Assembly: GCA_036834745.1 (NCBI GenBank)
Contig: DAITNH010000001.1
Coordinates: 13,076-56,753, forward strand
From: Prolixibacteraceae bacterium
GTDB taxonomy: Bacteria > Bacteroidota > Bacteroidia > Bacteroidales > Prolixibacteraceae
Direction: 5' to 3'
Length of the DNA stretch: 43,678 nucleotides
Below are positions 1-10,981 of this stretch, in pieces (the first letter of the stretch is position 1; each line of letters opens with the position of its first letter). The notes beneath the pieces are model-generated. The model was not told where the DNA came from. It was given only the letters and a program-made list of their open reading frames with translations, and did no database searches. Both the position numbers and the translations under genes were made by a program.

Positions 1-32
1 CGTGAAATAGGTAGTCAAAAGATCATTAAAAG

Positions 33-77
33 TAAAAAGTTGGTAATTTGGATTTCATTCCGATTGCCAACTTTTTA
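33..77 (-). terminator. Long hairpin / probable intrinsic terminator downstream of the MATE gene
   Basis: TAAAAAGTTGGTAAT ... ATTGCCAACTTTTTA inverted repeat 14 nt past the MATE stop, with A/T tracts on both ends. Confidence 0.65.
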
Positions 78-91
78 AATTAACATCGATT

Positions 92-1432
92 CTACCTTCC
101 GAATTTATGTATTTGATGTTTTAGCCTGAAGCCAAACAAGACAGCAGCAGTTGAAAGGCCAAATACAAAGCCTATCCAAACTCCGGAATACCCAAAATTA
201 AATACAAATGCGAGCAGATAACTGATGGGCAAACTAACTACGATGTACGAGAAAAAGGCGATAAACATGGGTATCCTGACATCGGCCATCCCGCGCAATG
301 CACCCAATAATACAACTTGTACTCCGTCGAATATCTGAAAAAATGCACCAACAATCAACAATCCGGCTGCAAACCTGATTACTTCCGGATCGCTTGTAAA
401 CAAGAGTGGAAGCTGATTGCGCAATAGAATAAAGAGAATTCCCATCAGCGACATAAAAGCAATTACAATGTGCAGCGATGCGAATACGGCATGTTTTAAT
501 TCATTCCGGTCGCGATCGCCAAAGGCATGACTCACCCTGATGGTTGTTCCTGAAGCCAGACCAAACGAAATCAGGTACGTCATTCCAGCCATCCCAATTG
601 CAACCTGATGCCCGGCCAGCGCTTCTTTCGAAATCCATCCAAGCATAATTGCACCGATACTGAAGGCAAGAATTTCGATGATCATCTGCATTCCGATGGA
701 TAAACCAATAGACAACATTCGCTTAATTTTTTGAATTTCAAATCGGGCCATTTTTGCCGACTCAAAATAAATCCTGAAAGAGGGCCTTTTCAGGATAATG
801 AGAAGAAAAATTACAGGCATAATTAATCTTGAAACCAAAGTGGCATAACCGGCGCCATTCAGTCCGAGGGCCGGAAACCCCAACTTCCCGAATATCAGGA
901 CATAATTCAGGCCTATATTTATAATATTGGCAAAAATGGTGATGATCATGGCAATTTTTGTGTTACCGACCCCTTCAAAAAACTGCTTGATGGAAAAGAA
1001 AAGCAGCATAGGAAAAAGAGAGGCTACCTGAATCAAAAAATATGGAACTGCTGCCTTCACAACATCTTCGCTTTGTCCCATTCGCCCCATAAAGAAGACG
1101 ACCGACGACATGAGCAAACAAAGAATTATAGCAACAATAAAATGAACCAGAATGCCATTTTTAAGCCAGCCTCCTGCTCCACCGGGATTTTGCGAATTGA
1201 ATGACTGACCTACCAACGGAGTAATGCCCATGGTTATGCCCAATCCGAACAGCATTCCCACGTGAAAAACATTAATTGCAAACGAAGCAGCAGCAAGTTC
1301 GGTGGTCCCAACATGACCAACCATCATATTGTCAGCCAGATTAACAGTAACCTGCCCGATCTGTGCTAAAATAACGGGAACAGCAAGTGTTAGATTTTTT
1401 CGATAAACAGGCAAATAATCAGAGATAGTCAC
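92..1432 (-). CDS. MATE family efflux transporter (NorM-like)
   Basis: 446 aa, about 12 hydrophobic helices; 'LAVPVILAQ', 'DNMMVGHVG..ELAA', 'LIFGKLGFPALGLNGAGYAT', 'FQIFDGVQVVLLGALRG'; GTG start. Confidence 0.92.
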   Translation of the reverse strand: MTISDYLPVYRKNLTLAVPVILAQIGQVTVNLADNMMVGHVGTTELAAASFAINVFHVGMLFGLGITMGITPLVGQSFNSQNPGGAGGWLKNGILVHFIVAIILCLLMSSVVFFMGRMGQSEDVVKAAVPYFLIQVASLFPMLLFFSIKQFFEGVGNTKIAMIITIFANIINIGLNYVLIFGKLGFPALGLNGAGYATLVSRLIMPVIFLLIILKRPSFRIYFESAKMARFEIQKIKRMLSIGLSIGMQMIIEILAFSIGAIMLGWISKEALAGHQVAIGMAGMTYLISFGLASGTTIRVSHAFGDRDRNELKHAVFASLHIVIAFMSLMGILFILLRNQLPLLFTSDPEVIRFAAGLLIVGAFFQIFDGVQVVLLGALRGMADVRIPMFIAFFSYIVVSLPISYLLAFVFNFGYSGVWIGFVFGLSTAAVLFGFRLKHQIHKFGR

Positions 1433-1469
1433 AACTGTAGATTCAAAATTTCAGGCAAAAGAAAGCAAT

Positions 1470-4067
1470 TTATAATGAAAACCAATAGCTGAATTTGACC
1501 ATAAATACATTTTGCGACTGAACCTTCGAGATATTTCCGAAACTTTTCCAGATGGATTCATCCAATTGTTGGGACTCTTCAAATCGGGTATTTGTCCATA
1601 CCAGATACAAAGTTGATCCGGGCCTGAATTCCCATCGGCCAACCAGGTTAGAGTTGAATTCCTGACGTTTTATATCTGGATTTTCAATCCGGTATACCGG
1701 TACTCCATTCTTCGTCAATTGATAATAATTGTCAGGCTGAAGTGTGCTTTGCAAATTATTATAACGCAAATTCAACGATCGGTTATCTGCCTTGGCCACT
1801 TCCCTGAAATTTTCGAATTTTCCGGCTGAAGCATAAGGATTTCCATAATATTGAAGTGAAATAACAGGCGAAATAAAGTATTCGAACCGAAGTGTCGATG
1901 AAATTGTATTACGGTCGATTGTTCCGACCAGGTATTTTGTATTTCGAATGTATTCGTGATGATCAATTGTATTATCAAAGATAGTTCTTGAAGTTATACT
2001 GAACCGGTCGTTTAATTGCCACTTAACCAATGCTGTAAAATAATTGGTACTGGAAATTTTATCAGAATAGAATTTGAACCTCGGTCCGAATCCAACAAAG
2101 AGTTTTTTTACCGAATTCGACTGAATGAATAATTCCACGTCATTGTAACCATCTTTATACAATTTAGGACCGCCCCTAAGTTCACGGGTATCATAAATAT
2201 TGTCATACCTTTTAAAGTTCAGGTGCGCATTCCATAAGTTTTTAAATTGCAGGTAGCCATGTAATTTATACCGATCCAACGTATTTTCCCAGTCATAACT
2301 CCAAGTGTGTTCCTGTTCGGCTTCAACAAAATAACTCCTGACAATTCCTTTGGGCTGACTAACTTTATAGGTAACGTTAATCATCTGTTTGATCACATCG
2401 GCCTGGTATAAATAGCCTACATCATTCAGATCGACACCGGGAGAGCGCCAGTTCAATGTACCGATTATCCTGAGTTTGCCGCTGCGTTTTCCGCCTTGAA
2501 GCGAACCACCCCAGCCAGACAAACTTGTTCTTTCTGAATCATATTCAATATGGTCGGCATCGGTTCGCTGATAATAATGTACAGAGGAACGTTGCAATCG
2601 TTTTATCGCAGTTGTATCTCCGTTTATGTCGCTGAAAAAACCTTTAAAATCGACAAAATATTTTCGCTTTTTCCAGTTGTGTTGAAAATCAATCCCTCCG
2701 GATAATGCTGAGTTGGATAAAAACTTTAAATGATCATCATTGACATTCCGCAAGGTTGAAGTGACCATTCCACCCAGAACAGTATTACCCTTATCATACG
2801 ATTGTTTAATTCTTCCGACCATAAAACTTGTAAACGGCTCAACAGCCATTTTTGATTTCGAATCGCTGTTATAAATAGTCGCATTTTCTTTTGCAGTCAA
2901 ACTTTGAACAACTCCCACCGAAAGTCCTTCTTTTGTTTTTCCTGTCAATTTTAAAGCACTTATGATCGGAATATTATCAGAAATGGAGATAGTCTGGTTA
3001 TCATCAAGATCAGGAAAATAACTTGGTGCATGCCCAATTCTCCGGCTGTAAAAAAGCATATCCTCTTCAATTGAAAAATCAAGAATAGTGTTACCCTCCA
3101 GAAAAAAGGGACGTTTTTCTTCGTTAAAAACTTCATAGGAAGTCAAATTCAGAACTGCAGGATCGGCCTCAATCTGTCCAAAGTCCGGGTTGATGGCATA
3201 ATCAAGAGCGAATCCTGAATTCAGTCCAACTTTTCCATTTAAACCAACTCCATAGTTCATTTTATTTTTAAGATCTATATTCGGGCTGAATCTGGCATTC
3301 ACATAAGGCAGAAATTCATAATTGACCTTAGGCTTGATTCCTTCAATCCCTCTGAGTTCACCAAACAGATAAACCATTGCAGGAGCATCAATCGGGATCA
3401 GCTTCCACTGGCTTTCTTCATTTAGCAGGTCAATCCACCGCCAAACATGAATTCCCCAAACCTGTTCATCTCCGGGCGAAAAACGAAGCTGACTAAAAGG
3501 TATCTGGATCTCTGAAGTCCAGATTGAATCGTAAACCTGCGCTTTCCCGTCCCATACTGCATCCCAGTTAAAATCCCAATCATAGGCTCCCAAATGAACC
3601 AGATCAACCTTTTGGCCCGAAGCCGCTACATTAAATTCATAAGCAGTTTGCTTATCGTTGTATGAATCAATCGCAATTCCGGCAATATCACCAGCCATTT
3701 CATCCCTTCGGCTTAAAATGGGCCTGATCTTTCCAGGGCCTTTATCAAAACATTTGAACCCAACGTACAAATTATTATTATCGTACAAAAGTTTTATTTC
3801 TGTTTCCTGCGATGGATTTTTTCCCTGATTGGGTATTTGTTGGGTAAAGCCACCCGACCAAATGCCCGATTCCCAGCAAGATTCGTTCAATTTTCCGTCA
3901 ATTTTCGGACGCTTTTCAATGCGGGTAGCAAAATAAACGCGTTTATTGCCCGCCAGTCGATTGACTACAGTATCAGTTGAAAGATTATATTTGTCGCTGT
4001 TCTGTGCAAAAACATTGGATAAACCAAAGAACAAAAACAAACAACAAACAGCAAAGCGGAATAGCAT
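1470..4067 (-). CDS. Outer-membrane protein with N-terminal CBM9-like sugar-binding domain and DUF5916 domain
   Basis: Signal peptide; 'PKIDGKLNESCW' and 'LLYDNNNLYVGF' (CBM9-like); 'NPDFGQIEAD...EKRPFFLEG...LFYSRRIG' (DUF5916); C-terminal 'KFSYWFSL' barrel-type end. Confidence 0.8.
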   Translation of the reverse strand: MLFRFAVCCLFLFFGLSNVFAQNSDKYNLSTDTVVNRLAGNKRVYFATRIEKRPKIDGKLNESCWESGIWSGGFTQQIPNQGKNPSQETEIKLLYDNNNLYVGFKCFDKGPGKIRPILSRRDEMAGDIAGIAIDSYNDKQTAYEFNVAASGQKVDLVHLGAYDWDFNWDAVWDGKAQVYDSIWTSEIQIPFSQLRFSPGDEQVWGIHVWRWIDLLNEESQWKLIPIDAPAMVYLFGELRGIEGIKPKVNYEFLPYVNARFSPNIDLKNKMNYGVGLNGKVGLNSGFALDYAINPDFGQIEADPAVLNLTSYEVFNEEKRPFFLEGNTILDFSIEEDMLFYSRRIGHAPSYFPDLDDNQTISISDNIPIISALKLTGKTKEGLSVGVVQSLTAKENATIYNSDSKSKMAVEPFTSFMVGRIKQSYDKGNTVLGGMVTSTLRNVNDDHLKFLSNSALSGGIDFQHNWKKRKYFVDFKGFFSDINGDTTAIKRLQRSSVHYYQRTDADHIEYDSERTSLSGWGGSLQGGKRSGKLRIIGTLNWRSPGVDLNDVGYLYQADVIKQMINVTYKVSQPKGIVRSYFVEAEQEHTWSYDWENTLDRYKLHGYLQFKNLWNAHLNFKRYDNIYDTRELRGGPKLYKDGYNDVELFIQSNSVKKLFVGFGPRFKFYSDKISSTNYFTALVKWQLNDRFSITSRTIFDNTIDHHEYIRNTKYLVGTIDRNTISSTLRFEYFISPVISLQYYGNPYASAGKFENFREVAKADNRSLNLRYNNLQSTLQPDNYYQLTKNGVPVYRIENPDIKRQEFNSNLVGRWEFRPGSTLYLVWTNTRFEESQQLDESIWKSFGNISKVQSQNVFMVKFSYWFSL

Positions 4068-4087
4068 ATTTAATTATTTTTGAGCAA

Positions 4088-4095
4088 CAAATATA
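4088..4095 (-). promoter_or_regulatory. Bacteroidota -7 promoter element (TATATTTG)
   Basis: Matches TAnnTTTG about 20 nt upstream of the DUF5916 gene start. Confidence 0.55.
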
Positions 4096-4241
4096 TATAA
4101 ATCATTCTGACTTGATATGTTAACTGATATTTATTTACTAAAATAGAATCCAACTCAGCAAACATTTCACCTGTTTGTTGGTTTTTACACCGTGTCAATT
4201 AAATTTTGATTAAATAATCCTCAGGGATAACCAAATATTAA

Positions 4242-5756
4242 ATGAAGAAAATCAATAAAATCCTGATTGCCAACCGTGGCGAAATTGCAGTAAGAATTAT
4301 GCGGACCTGCCGCGAAATGGGAATTTCAACCGTTGCAGTTTTTTCAGACGCCGACAGAACTTCAATGCATGTGCGTTATGCAGACGAAGCTTACCACATC
4401 GGACCATCGCCATCCTCTGAAAGTTACCTGAAAGCTGACAAAATAATTGAAGTTGCAAAGAAATGCAACGCAGATGCCATTCATCCAGGATATGGATTTT
4501 TATCGGAGAATGCTGCATTTTCGAGAAAATGTACAGAAAACGGTATCATTTTTATCGGTCCGACGCCAGAAGTGATCGAAAAGATGGGCGATAAAATAAG
4601 CGCCCGTTTAACGATGATTGCAGCAGGTGTACCTGTTGTTCCCGGAACTACCGAAAGTGTTAAAACTGAAAAAGAAGCGATCGATACGATCATGGAAATT
4701 GGTCTTCCGGTGATGGTTAAAGCATCTGCAGGTGGCGGTGGCAAAGGAATGAGACTGATCACTGAAGAAAAAGACATCACCTCGCTGGTCAGATCGGCAC
4801 GGTCGGAAGCAAAATCGTCGTTTGGTAACGATTCGGTTTATGTAGAAAAATACATCACATCGCCGCATCACATCGAATTTCAGGTTTTGGGCGATCAACA
4901 CGGAAATTTCCTTCATTTGTTCGAACGCGAATGTTCGGTTCAGCGGCGCCATCAAAAAATGATCGAAGAAACCCCTTCCCCACTTATGACTCCTGAATTA
5001 AGGGTGAAAATGGGCGAATATGCAGTGGAAGCTGCAAGGGCAGTTAATTACACTGGTGCAGGAACCATTGAATTTCTGGTTGACAATGACCTTAATTTCT
5101 ACTTCCTCGAAATGAATACCCGCCTTCAGGTTGAGCATCCTATTACCGAACGTGTTACCGGAATTGACCTTGTAAAACAGCAGATTCTGATTGCAGAAGG
5201 ACATCCGCTCAAATTTAGTCAGGAACAATTAAGGCAAACCGGCCATGCCATCGAATGCCGGATTTATGCCGAAGATACCGACAATAATTTCATGCCAAAT
5301 CCGGGTAAAATATACAATATCACCCAGCCGCTCGGATTGGGAGTCCGTACTGACGGGTATGTATATGAAGGATATGAGATTCCGATTTATTACGACTCGA
5401 TGATTTCAAAATTAATTGTCTGGGCCGAAAACAGGACAGAGGCAATTGAACGTATGAAACGTGCCCTTTACGAATACAAAATTACCGGAGTAAAAACTAC
5501 CATTAAGTTTCTGGAAAGAATCATGGAAACTCCCGATTTCAGGAGCGGAAATTACGACACCAACTTTATTGAAAAAAATAAAGACTCTCTTTTGGCTGCA
5601 ACAAAATGTGCCGAAAATTGTGAAGACATGGTAATTATTGCAACTTATATTGAGTACCTCGATCAGTTGAATATCGCACAGACATCCAAAGAGATGTACC
5701 CGGCCAAAAACAGGTGGAAAAAATATACCTACCAAAAGAATTTCGAACGTTTGTAA
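4242..5756 (+). CDS. accC: Biotin carboxylase subunit of an acetyl/propionyl-CoA carboxylase
   Basis: 'KILIANRGEIAVR', 'HPGYGFLSEN', 'KASAGGGGKGM', 'ERECSVQRRHQK', 'FLEMNTRLQVEH'. Confidence 0.95.
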   Translation: MKKINKILIANRGEIAVRIMRTCREMGISTVAVFSDADRTSMHVRYADEAYHIGPSPSSESYLKADKIIEVAKKCNADAIHPGYGFLSENAAFSRKCTENGIIFIGPTPEVIEKMGDKISARLTMIAAGVPVVPGTTESVKTEKEAIDTIMEIGLPVMVKASAGGGGKGMRLITEEKDITSLVRSARSEAKSSFGNDSVYVEKYITSPHHIEFQVLGDQHGNFLHLFERECSVQRRHQKMIEETPSPLMTPELRVKMGEYAVEAARAVNYTGAGTIEFLVDNDLNFYFLEMNTRLQVEHPITERVTGIDLVKQQILIAEGHPLKFSQEQLRQTGHAIECRIYAEDTDNNFMPNPGKIYNITQPLGLGVRTDGYVYEGYEIPIYYDSMISKLIVWAENRTEAIERMKRALYEYKITGVKTTIKFLERIMETPDFRSGNYDTNFIEKNKDSLLAATKCAENCEDMVIIATYIEYLDQLNIAQTSKEMYPAKNRWKKYTYQKNFERL

Positions 5757-5767
5757 TCCCCCAAAAT

Positions 5768-6277
5768 ATGTCAATCGAAATAAAATTAGACAAACGAATT
5801 GCCTCAGTAGAAATATTAAAGCAGTTTGAAAACCTGCTCGAAATCAAAGTGGATGATAAAATCTACCAGGTTGATTTGATGCACAACGATGAAGGAATTT
5901 TCTCCATTCTGTCAAACGGACGTTCGTTCAACATCGAATTGGTGCCACAACCCAAACCCAAACATTACACAGCTTATACGCTTTACGATTCCTACGATCT
6001 GGAAGTAATTGATGCTGAATCGAGGTATTTGCGCAATCGTACAGGCGGCGCCCAGATGTTGTCTGAAAACAGCATCACCTCGCCGATGCCCGGCAAAGTG
6101 GTTAAAATTCCGGTTTCAGTAGGCGATGAAGTAAAAAAAGGCGATACCTTAATCACGATCTCGGCAATGAAAATGGAAAGCGAGTACAAATCGCCCATTG
6201 ATGGAAAAATTGCAATTATTCATGTTTCTGAAGGCAGCACGGTTGATGCCAATCAGGTTTTAATAGAAATCGAATAA
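5768..6277 (+). CDS. Biotin carboxyl carrier protein
   Basis: 'SPMPGKVV' and biotinylation motif 'SAMKM'; ATG at 5768 preferred over the ORF-track start at 5714, which overlaps accC. Confidence 0.9.
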   Translation: MSIEIKLDKRIASVEILKQFENLLEIKVDDKIYQVDLMHNDEGIFSILSNGRSFNIELVPQPKPKHYTAYTLYDSYDLEVIDAESRYLRNRTGGAQMLSENSITSPMPGKVVKIPVSVGDEVKKGDTLITISAMKMESEYKSPIDGKIAIIHVSEGSTVDANQVLIEIE

Positions 6278-6287
6278 ATCATATAAA

Positions 6288-7823
6288 ATGGATTTGAAAG
6301 CCAAATTTGAAAAGTTTGAATTACTGAACCAACAGGCAGAATCAGGCGGTGGAGCTGAAAGAGTTGAGAAACAACACAATTCAGGAAAAAAAACTGCACG
6401 CGAACGAATTGCAGCCCTGCTTGATCCGGGAACTTTTAATGAGATAGATAAAATGGTCACCCACCGGGGTACTGACTTCGGAATAGATAAATCAAAAATA
6501 CCGGGCGACGGTGTTGTTTCTGGTTATGGGAAAATAAACGGTCGCCTGATGTATGTTTTTGCCCAGGATTTTACTGTATTTGGTGGAACTTTAAGTCGTG
6601 CAAACGCTGATAAAATTCTGAAAATTCAGGAATTGGCGATTAAAATGGGCGCTCCGCTAATCGGACTAAACGATTCAGGAGGAGCACGTATTCAGGAAGG
6701 TGTTGAAAGCCTTGCAGGTTATGCCGATATTTTTTACAACAATGTACTTTCTTCGGGTGTCATTCCCCAAATCAGCGCGATTATGGGAGCATGTGCCGGC
6801 GGGGCAGTTTATTCCCCGGCGCTGACCGATTTCATTTTTATGGTCGAAAAAACCAGTCACATGTTTGTGACAGGTCCTGAAGTGATTAAAACTGTAACCC
6901 ACGAAGATGTAACGAAAGAAGAATTGGGCGGAGCAATCACCCATGCATCAAAAAGTGGGGTGGCCCATTTTACGGGAAGCGACGAAGAGCAAACACTGAT
7001 GATGGTCAGGGAGTTGATGAGCTTCATTCCTTCGAACAACATGGATGAGCCTCCTGTTAAAATTTGCACCGATCCTGAAAACAGGACAGATGTTTCGTTG
7101 AATCAGGTAGTTCCGGTTGATCCAAACAAACCATACGACATCAAAGACATTATTCACAAGATCATTGATGACGAGCACTTTCTGGAAGTTCAGCCGCATT
7201 ATGCTCCCAACATGGTAATTGGTTTTGCCCGGATGGGTGGAAAACCGATCGGGATAGTTGCCAATCAGCCTGCTCATTTGGCTGGTGTTCTCGACATTAA
7301 TTCGTCTGTAAAAGCAGCCCGTTTTGTTCGTTTCTGCGATGCTTTTAATATTCCACTCGTCACATTGGTTGATGTACCGGGATTTCTACCTGGCACCGGA
7401 CAGGAATTTGGAGGGATTATTAAGCATGGCGCAAAATTATTGTATGCCTATGCCGAAGCTACCGTGGCTAAAATTACGTTGATTACCCGCAAAGCTTACG
7501 GAGGCGCTTATGATGTAATGTCGAGCAAGCACATTGGTGGTGATGTAAATTTCGCCTATCCCACTGCTGAAATTGCAGTAATGGGACCCGAAGGCGCTAT
7601 CAACATTTTGTACCGCGGAAAACTTAGCGAAGAAGAAAGGATTGCAGCAGTTGAAGACTACCGTGAAAAGTTTGCAAATCCATACCGTGCAGCGGCACTT
7701 GGATACATTGATGAAATTATTATGCCTCAGGATACGCGCTATAAAATAATTCAGGCGCTGAATATGACGCACAATAAGCGAAAATCAAATTTACCACGCA
7801 AACACGGAAATATTCCGTTGTAA
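6288..7823 (+). CDS. pccB: Acyl-CoA carboxylase carboxyltransferase subunit (propionyl-CoA carboxylase beta / MmdA-like)
   Basis: 'GKKTARERI', 'QDFTVFGGT', '[11 protein letters not shown]', 'VDVPGFLPG', 'RKAYGGAY', C-terminal 'KHGNIPL'; third gene of the carboxylase operon. Confidence 0.9.
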   Translation: MDLKAKFEKFELLNQQAESGGGAERVEKQHNSGKKTARERIAALLDPGTFNEIDKMVTHRGTDFGIDKSKIPGDGVVSGYGKINGRLMYVFAQDFTVFGGTLSRANADKILKIQELAIKMGAPLIGLNDSGGARIQEGVESLAGYADIFYNNVLSSGVIPQISAIMGACAGGAVYSPALTDFIFMVEKTSHMFVTGPEVIKTVTHEDVTKEELGGAITHASKSGVAHFTGSDEEQTLMMVRELMSFIPSNNMDEPPVKICTDPENRTDVSLNQVVPVDPNKPYDIKDIIHKIIDDEHFLEVQPHYAPNMVIGFARMGGKPIGIVANQPAHLAGVLDINSSVKAARFVRFCDAFNIPLVTLVDVPGFLPGTGQEFGGIIKHGAKLLYAYAEATVAKITLITRKAYGGAYDVMSSKHIGGDVNFAYPTAEIAVMGPEGAINILYRGKLSEEERIAAVEDYREKFANPYRAAALGYIDEIIMPQDTRYKIIQALNMTHNKRKSNLPRKHGNIPL

Positions 7824-7896
7824 TAAAAAATGAGTGGAACAAACTTCCTCATTAGTTCGTAGAAACAGTAGAACTAATGAAGGAGGGAGGCGAGCA

Positions 7897-8133
7897 ATGC
7901 AAAAAGAAAATATTAAAAACTATCTGTTTTTCGCAGGAATTATCCTGCTAATAATAGGAATTGCATTTTTTGCAATGCTTTCAAGCCCAGTGCGATATAT
8001 TGGAATTATTTTCCTGATTTTTGCAATTATTTTTATTGCAAGTTTTAATTATTTAAAGCTCCGCAACTCCGATGACGGCAGGCTCAGAAGCCGAACCCGT
8101 GATCAAATTCTTAAACATCAATTTAGGAAATAA
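7897..8133 (+). CDS. Small two-helix membrane protein (78 aa), hypothetical
   Basis: Two hydrophobic segments and a basic tail; AGGAGGGAGG 6 nt before the ATG at 7897; followed by a terminator. Confidence 0.6.
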   Translation: MQKENIKNYLFFAGIILLIIGIAFFAMLSSPVRYIGIIFLIFAIIFIASFNYLKLRNSDDGRLRSRTRDQILKHQFRK

Positions 8134-8135
8134 CT

Positions 8136-8170
8136 AAAAAAAGCCAGTGAAAGCTGGCTTTTTTGTTTTT
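8136..8170 (+). terminator. Rho-independent terminator
   Basis: AAAAAAAGCCAG-tgaaag-CTGGCTTTTTTG stem-loop followed by a T tract. Confidence 0.85.
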
Positions 8171-8251
8171 GTAAATTTCTAATGCAACTCATAATCGCTA
8201 AAGGGTTTTCTGATTACATTTACCACCTAATCGAGAGATAAAAAAACAATT

Positions 8252-9115
8252 ATGACCGACAACCAGAAAGTTATAAACATAAAAAGGAATATTTTAGTAA
8301 GAAAAGCATCGGGCGATGAAGAACCATTTGAAATATTTAAGTTAGAACGTTCATTGCGAAACGCAGGAGCCGACAATGATTTAGTTCAGGAAATTGTTAA
8401 AAATATTGCGGAATGGATAACCTCCGGACTTACCACAAAAAATATATATTCCCGCGCTTTTTCATTATTGAGCCGAAAGAAAAAGGGCGTTGCAAGTCGA
8501 TATAAATTAAAACAGGCAATAATTGAACTTGGCCCAACCGGATATCCTTTCGAAGATTTTATCGGGCACCTCTTCAAAAAACAAGGATATGAAGTTAAAG
8601 TTGGGCAGATGATAGAAGGATATTGTGTTTCACACGAAATGGATGTAATTGCCACCGATAAAAAAATCCAGCATTTAATCGAATGTAAGTATAGCAGCGA
8701 TCAGGGAAAACAAATAAGTGTTCAAGTGTCATTATATGTTCGTTCCCGTGTTGACGACATCATAAAAAAGAGGAAAGAATCTCCTGCTTATGCTCATTTC
8801 TCATTTTCAGGCGGGATAGTTACAAACACCAGATTCTCATCCGATGCATTACAATATGGAGAATGCAGCGGATTACACATGCTGGCATGGGATTATCCAG
8901 TTGGCAATGGGTTAAAAGATTTGATTGAAAGGTTAAAAATATATCCGATAACAATACTTGGCCAGCTCACAAAGAATGAAAAACAAAAACTTTTGAACCA
9001 GGGATTCGTTACCTGCCTGCAGATACTAAACAACCCGGAGATTCTTGATTCGCTTCAGTTGAGTAGGACAAAATACATCGCATTAGAGAAAGAAATCAAC
9101 GAGATTTGTAGTTAA
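8252..9115 (+). CDS. ATP-cone domain fused to an Mrr-like PD-(D/E)xK restriction-endonuclease domain
   Basis: N-terminal 'VRKASGDEEPFEIFKLERSL' (ATP cone); 'GYPFEDFIGHLF', 'HEMDVIA...LIECKY', 'IVTNTRFSSDA' (Mrr-like). Confidence 0.8.
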   Translation: MTDNQKVINIKRNILVRKASGDEEPFEIFKLERSLRNAGADNDLVQEIVKNIAEWITSGLTTKNIYSRAFSLLSRKKKGVASRYKLKQAIIELGPTGYPFEDFIGHLFKKQGYEVKVGQMIEGYCVSHEMDVIATDKKIQHLIECKYSSDQGKQISVQVSLYVRSRVDDIIKKRKESPAYAHFSFSGGIVTNTRFSSDALQYGECSGLHMLAWDYPVGNGLKDLIERLKIYPITILGQLTKNEKQKLLNQGFVTCLQILNNPEILDSLQLSRTKYIALEKEINEICS

Positions 9116-9125
9116 AAATTAAATC

Positions 9126-9159
9126 AAAAAATCCGGAAAGTCACTACTTCCGGATTTTT
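9126..9159. terminator. Bidirectional intrinsic terminator
   Basis: AAAAAATCCGGAA...TTCCGGATTTTT between the convergent ATP-cone gene and glyA. Confidence 0.85.
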
Positions 9160-9186
9160 CATATTGACATCTCCTATATATTTATC

Positions 9187-10467
9187 CTACCAGGCAAACA
9201 AAGGAAGATCTTTCATCATTGTATTCACTCTTTTGCGAACCGATAGAATTACTTCTTCATTGTCTATATTACTGATCACTTCATCGATCAACTCAACAAT
9301 TACAGGCATCAAATCTTCTTTCAAGCCTCTGGTGGTAATTGCCGGCGTTCCGACACGAAGACCAGAAGTGGTAAACGGAGAACGGCTATCGAATGGAACC
9401 ATGTTTTTATTGATGGTAATATCAGCACGAACCAATGCATTTTCAGCCTGTTTTCCTGAAATTTCAGGAAACTTGGTGCGAAGGTCAATCAACATCGAAT
9501 GATTATCGGTACCTCCTGAAATCACTTTATAGCCTTTGTCCATAAAAGCTTTTGCCATTACCGACGCATTTGTTTTAACCTGTGCCTGATAAACTTTATA
9601 TGATGGATCGAGCGCTTCTGCAAATGAAACAGCTTTCGATGCAATTACATGCTCAAGCGGTCCGCCCTGCTGACCTGGGAACACTGAAAAATCAAGTACC
9701 TGCGACATCATTTTAGTTACACCTTTAGGCGTTTTGAAACCAAATGGATTTTCAAAATCTTCGCCCATCAGAATAATTCCACCACGCGGTCCACGCAATG
9801 TTTTATGGGTTGTTGAAGTTACTACGTGGGCATATTTTACCGGATTATCAAGCAAACCGGCTGCAATCAATCCGGCTGGATGGGCCATATCGATCATCAG
9901 TATTGCTCCAATTTTGTCGGCAATTTCGCGCATCCGGGCATAATCCCATTCGCGGGAGTAAGCCGATGCACCACCAATTATTAATTGCGGAAAATGCTCC
10001 AACGCCAAAGCCTCCATTTCGTCGTAATCTACCAGACCGGTATCTTCCTTAACATGATAAGCAATCGGATTGTAAAGCACACCCGATGAATTAACAGGAG
10101 AACCGTGAGAAAGGTGGCCTCCGTGAGCCAAATCCAAACCCAGAAAAGTGTCGCCCGGATTCAAAATAACACTTAAAACTGCCGCATTTGCCTGAGCGCC
10201 AGAGTGTGGCTGAACATTGGCATAAACAGCGCCAAACAATTCTTTGATACGGTCGATGGCCAGCTGCTCGGTCATATCAACAAACTGACAGCCTCCGTAA
10301 TACCGGTGTCCCGGATATCCTTCCGCATATTTGTTGGTCATTACCGATCCCATGGCTTCCAGAACCTGATCGCTGACAAAATTTTCAGAAGCAATTAATT
10401 CAATTCCGCTCAACTGACGCTGACGTTCTTTTTCGATTATCTCAAATACTTTGGTATCTCTTTCCAT
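9187..10467 (-). CDS. glyA: Serine hydroxymethyltransferase
   Basis: 'LIASENF', '[15 protein letters not shown]', 'GGHLSHG', PLP-lysine motif '[12 protein letters not shown]'. Confidence 0.98.
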   Translation of the reverse strand: MERDTKVFEIIEKERQRQLSGIELIASENFVSDQVLEAMGSVMTNKYAEGYPGHRYYGGCQFVDMTEQLAIDRIKELFGAVYANVQPHSGAQANAAVLSVILNPGDTFLGLDLAHGGHLSHGSPVNSSGVLYNPIAYHVKEDTGLVDYDEMEALALEHFPQLIIGGASAYSREWDYARMREIADKIGAILMIDMAHPAGLIAAGLLDNPVKYAHVVTSTTHKTLRGPRGGIILMGEDFENPFGFKTPKGVTKMMSQVLDFSVFPGQQGGPLEHVIASKAVSFAEALDPSYKVYQAQVKTNASVMAKAFMDKGYKVISGGTDNHSMLIDLRTKFPEISGKQAENALVRADITINKNMVPFDSRSPFTTSGLRVGTPAITTRGLKEDLMPVIVELIDEVISNIDNEEVILSVRKRVNTMMKDLPLFAW

Positions 10468-10498
10468 TCCGGTAGAATATTGATTAAAATTAAGGTGT

Positions 10499-10506
10499 CA
10501 AAGGTA
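10499..10506 (-). promoter_or_regulatory. Bacteroidota -7 promoter element for glyA (TACCTTTG)
   Basis: TAnnTTTG match about 30 nt upstream of glyA; a divergent TATTTTTG lies at 10554-10561 on +. Confidence 0.55.
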
Positions 10507-10582
10507 CAATAAAATCATAGTGGATAAAAAATCAGCTTATTCAAAAAATCAGGTATTTTTGAACAATTAATCATTCTTTAAA

Positions 10583-10981
10583 ATGGGAAAGAAACCTATC
10601 CTTTATGAATCTGCCTGTATTTTCAGTATTGCAGGCAGCAGTATTGGCTTTTTAAGCATGTTGCTTTCAACTGTTTTTTTCAAAACTGTTACTGAAAAGA
10701 TCGTGGAGTTTACAAATATTACTGCAGCAGAACGCCTCAGCCCATTATATTTTGCTTTATTAATGGCCGCTTTCAGCATTTCACTCACGGGAGCCATTAA
10801 ACTTTACCGAATGCAACTAACCGGTTTGTATTTTTACCTGGGTGCTCAGTTAATAATCCTTTTCTTACCGGTCATCTGGCTCGGTTCTGATGCATTTTCT
10901 GTAACCAATTCCATTTTCACCCTGCTATTTTCAGGAGTTTACATTTATTATACCAGCTTGTTTGCTAAAAGGAAAGATTGA
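10583..10981 (+). CDS. Hypothetical membrane protein (about 4 TM)
   Basis: 132 aa, strongly hydrophobic, own promoter-like element at 10554-10561. Confidence 0.75.
   Translation: MGKKPILYESACIFSIAGSSIGFLSMLLSTVFFKTVTEKIVEFTNITAAERLSPLYFALLMAAFSISLTGAIKLYRMQLTGLYFYLGAQLIILFLPVIWLGSDAFSVTNSIFTLLFSGVYIYYTSLFAKRKD

Noticed and set aside
5714..5767. Longer BCCP start overlapping accC
   Set aside because: It overlaps the accC 3' end by 43 nt; ATG 5768 gives a normal spacing and protein.
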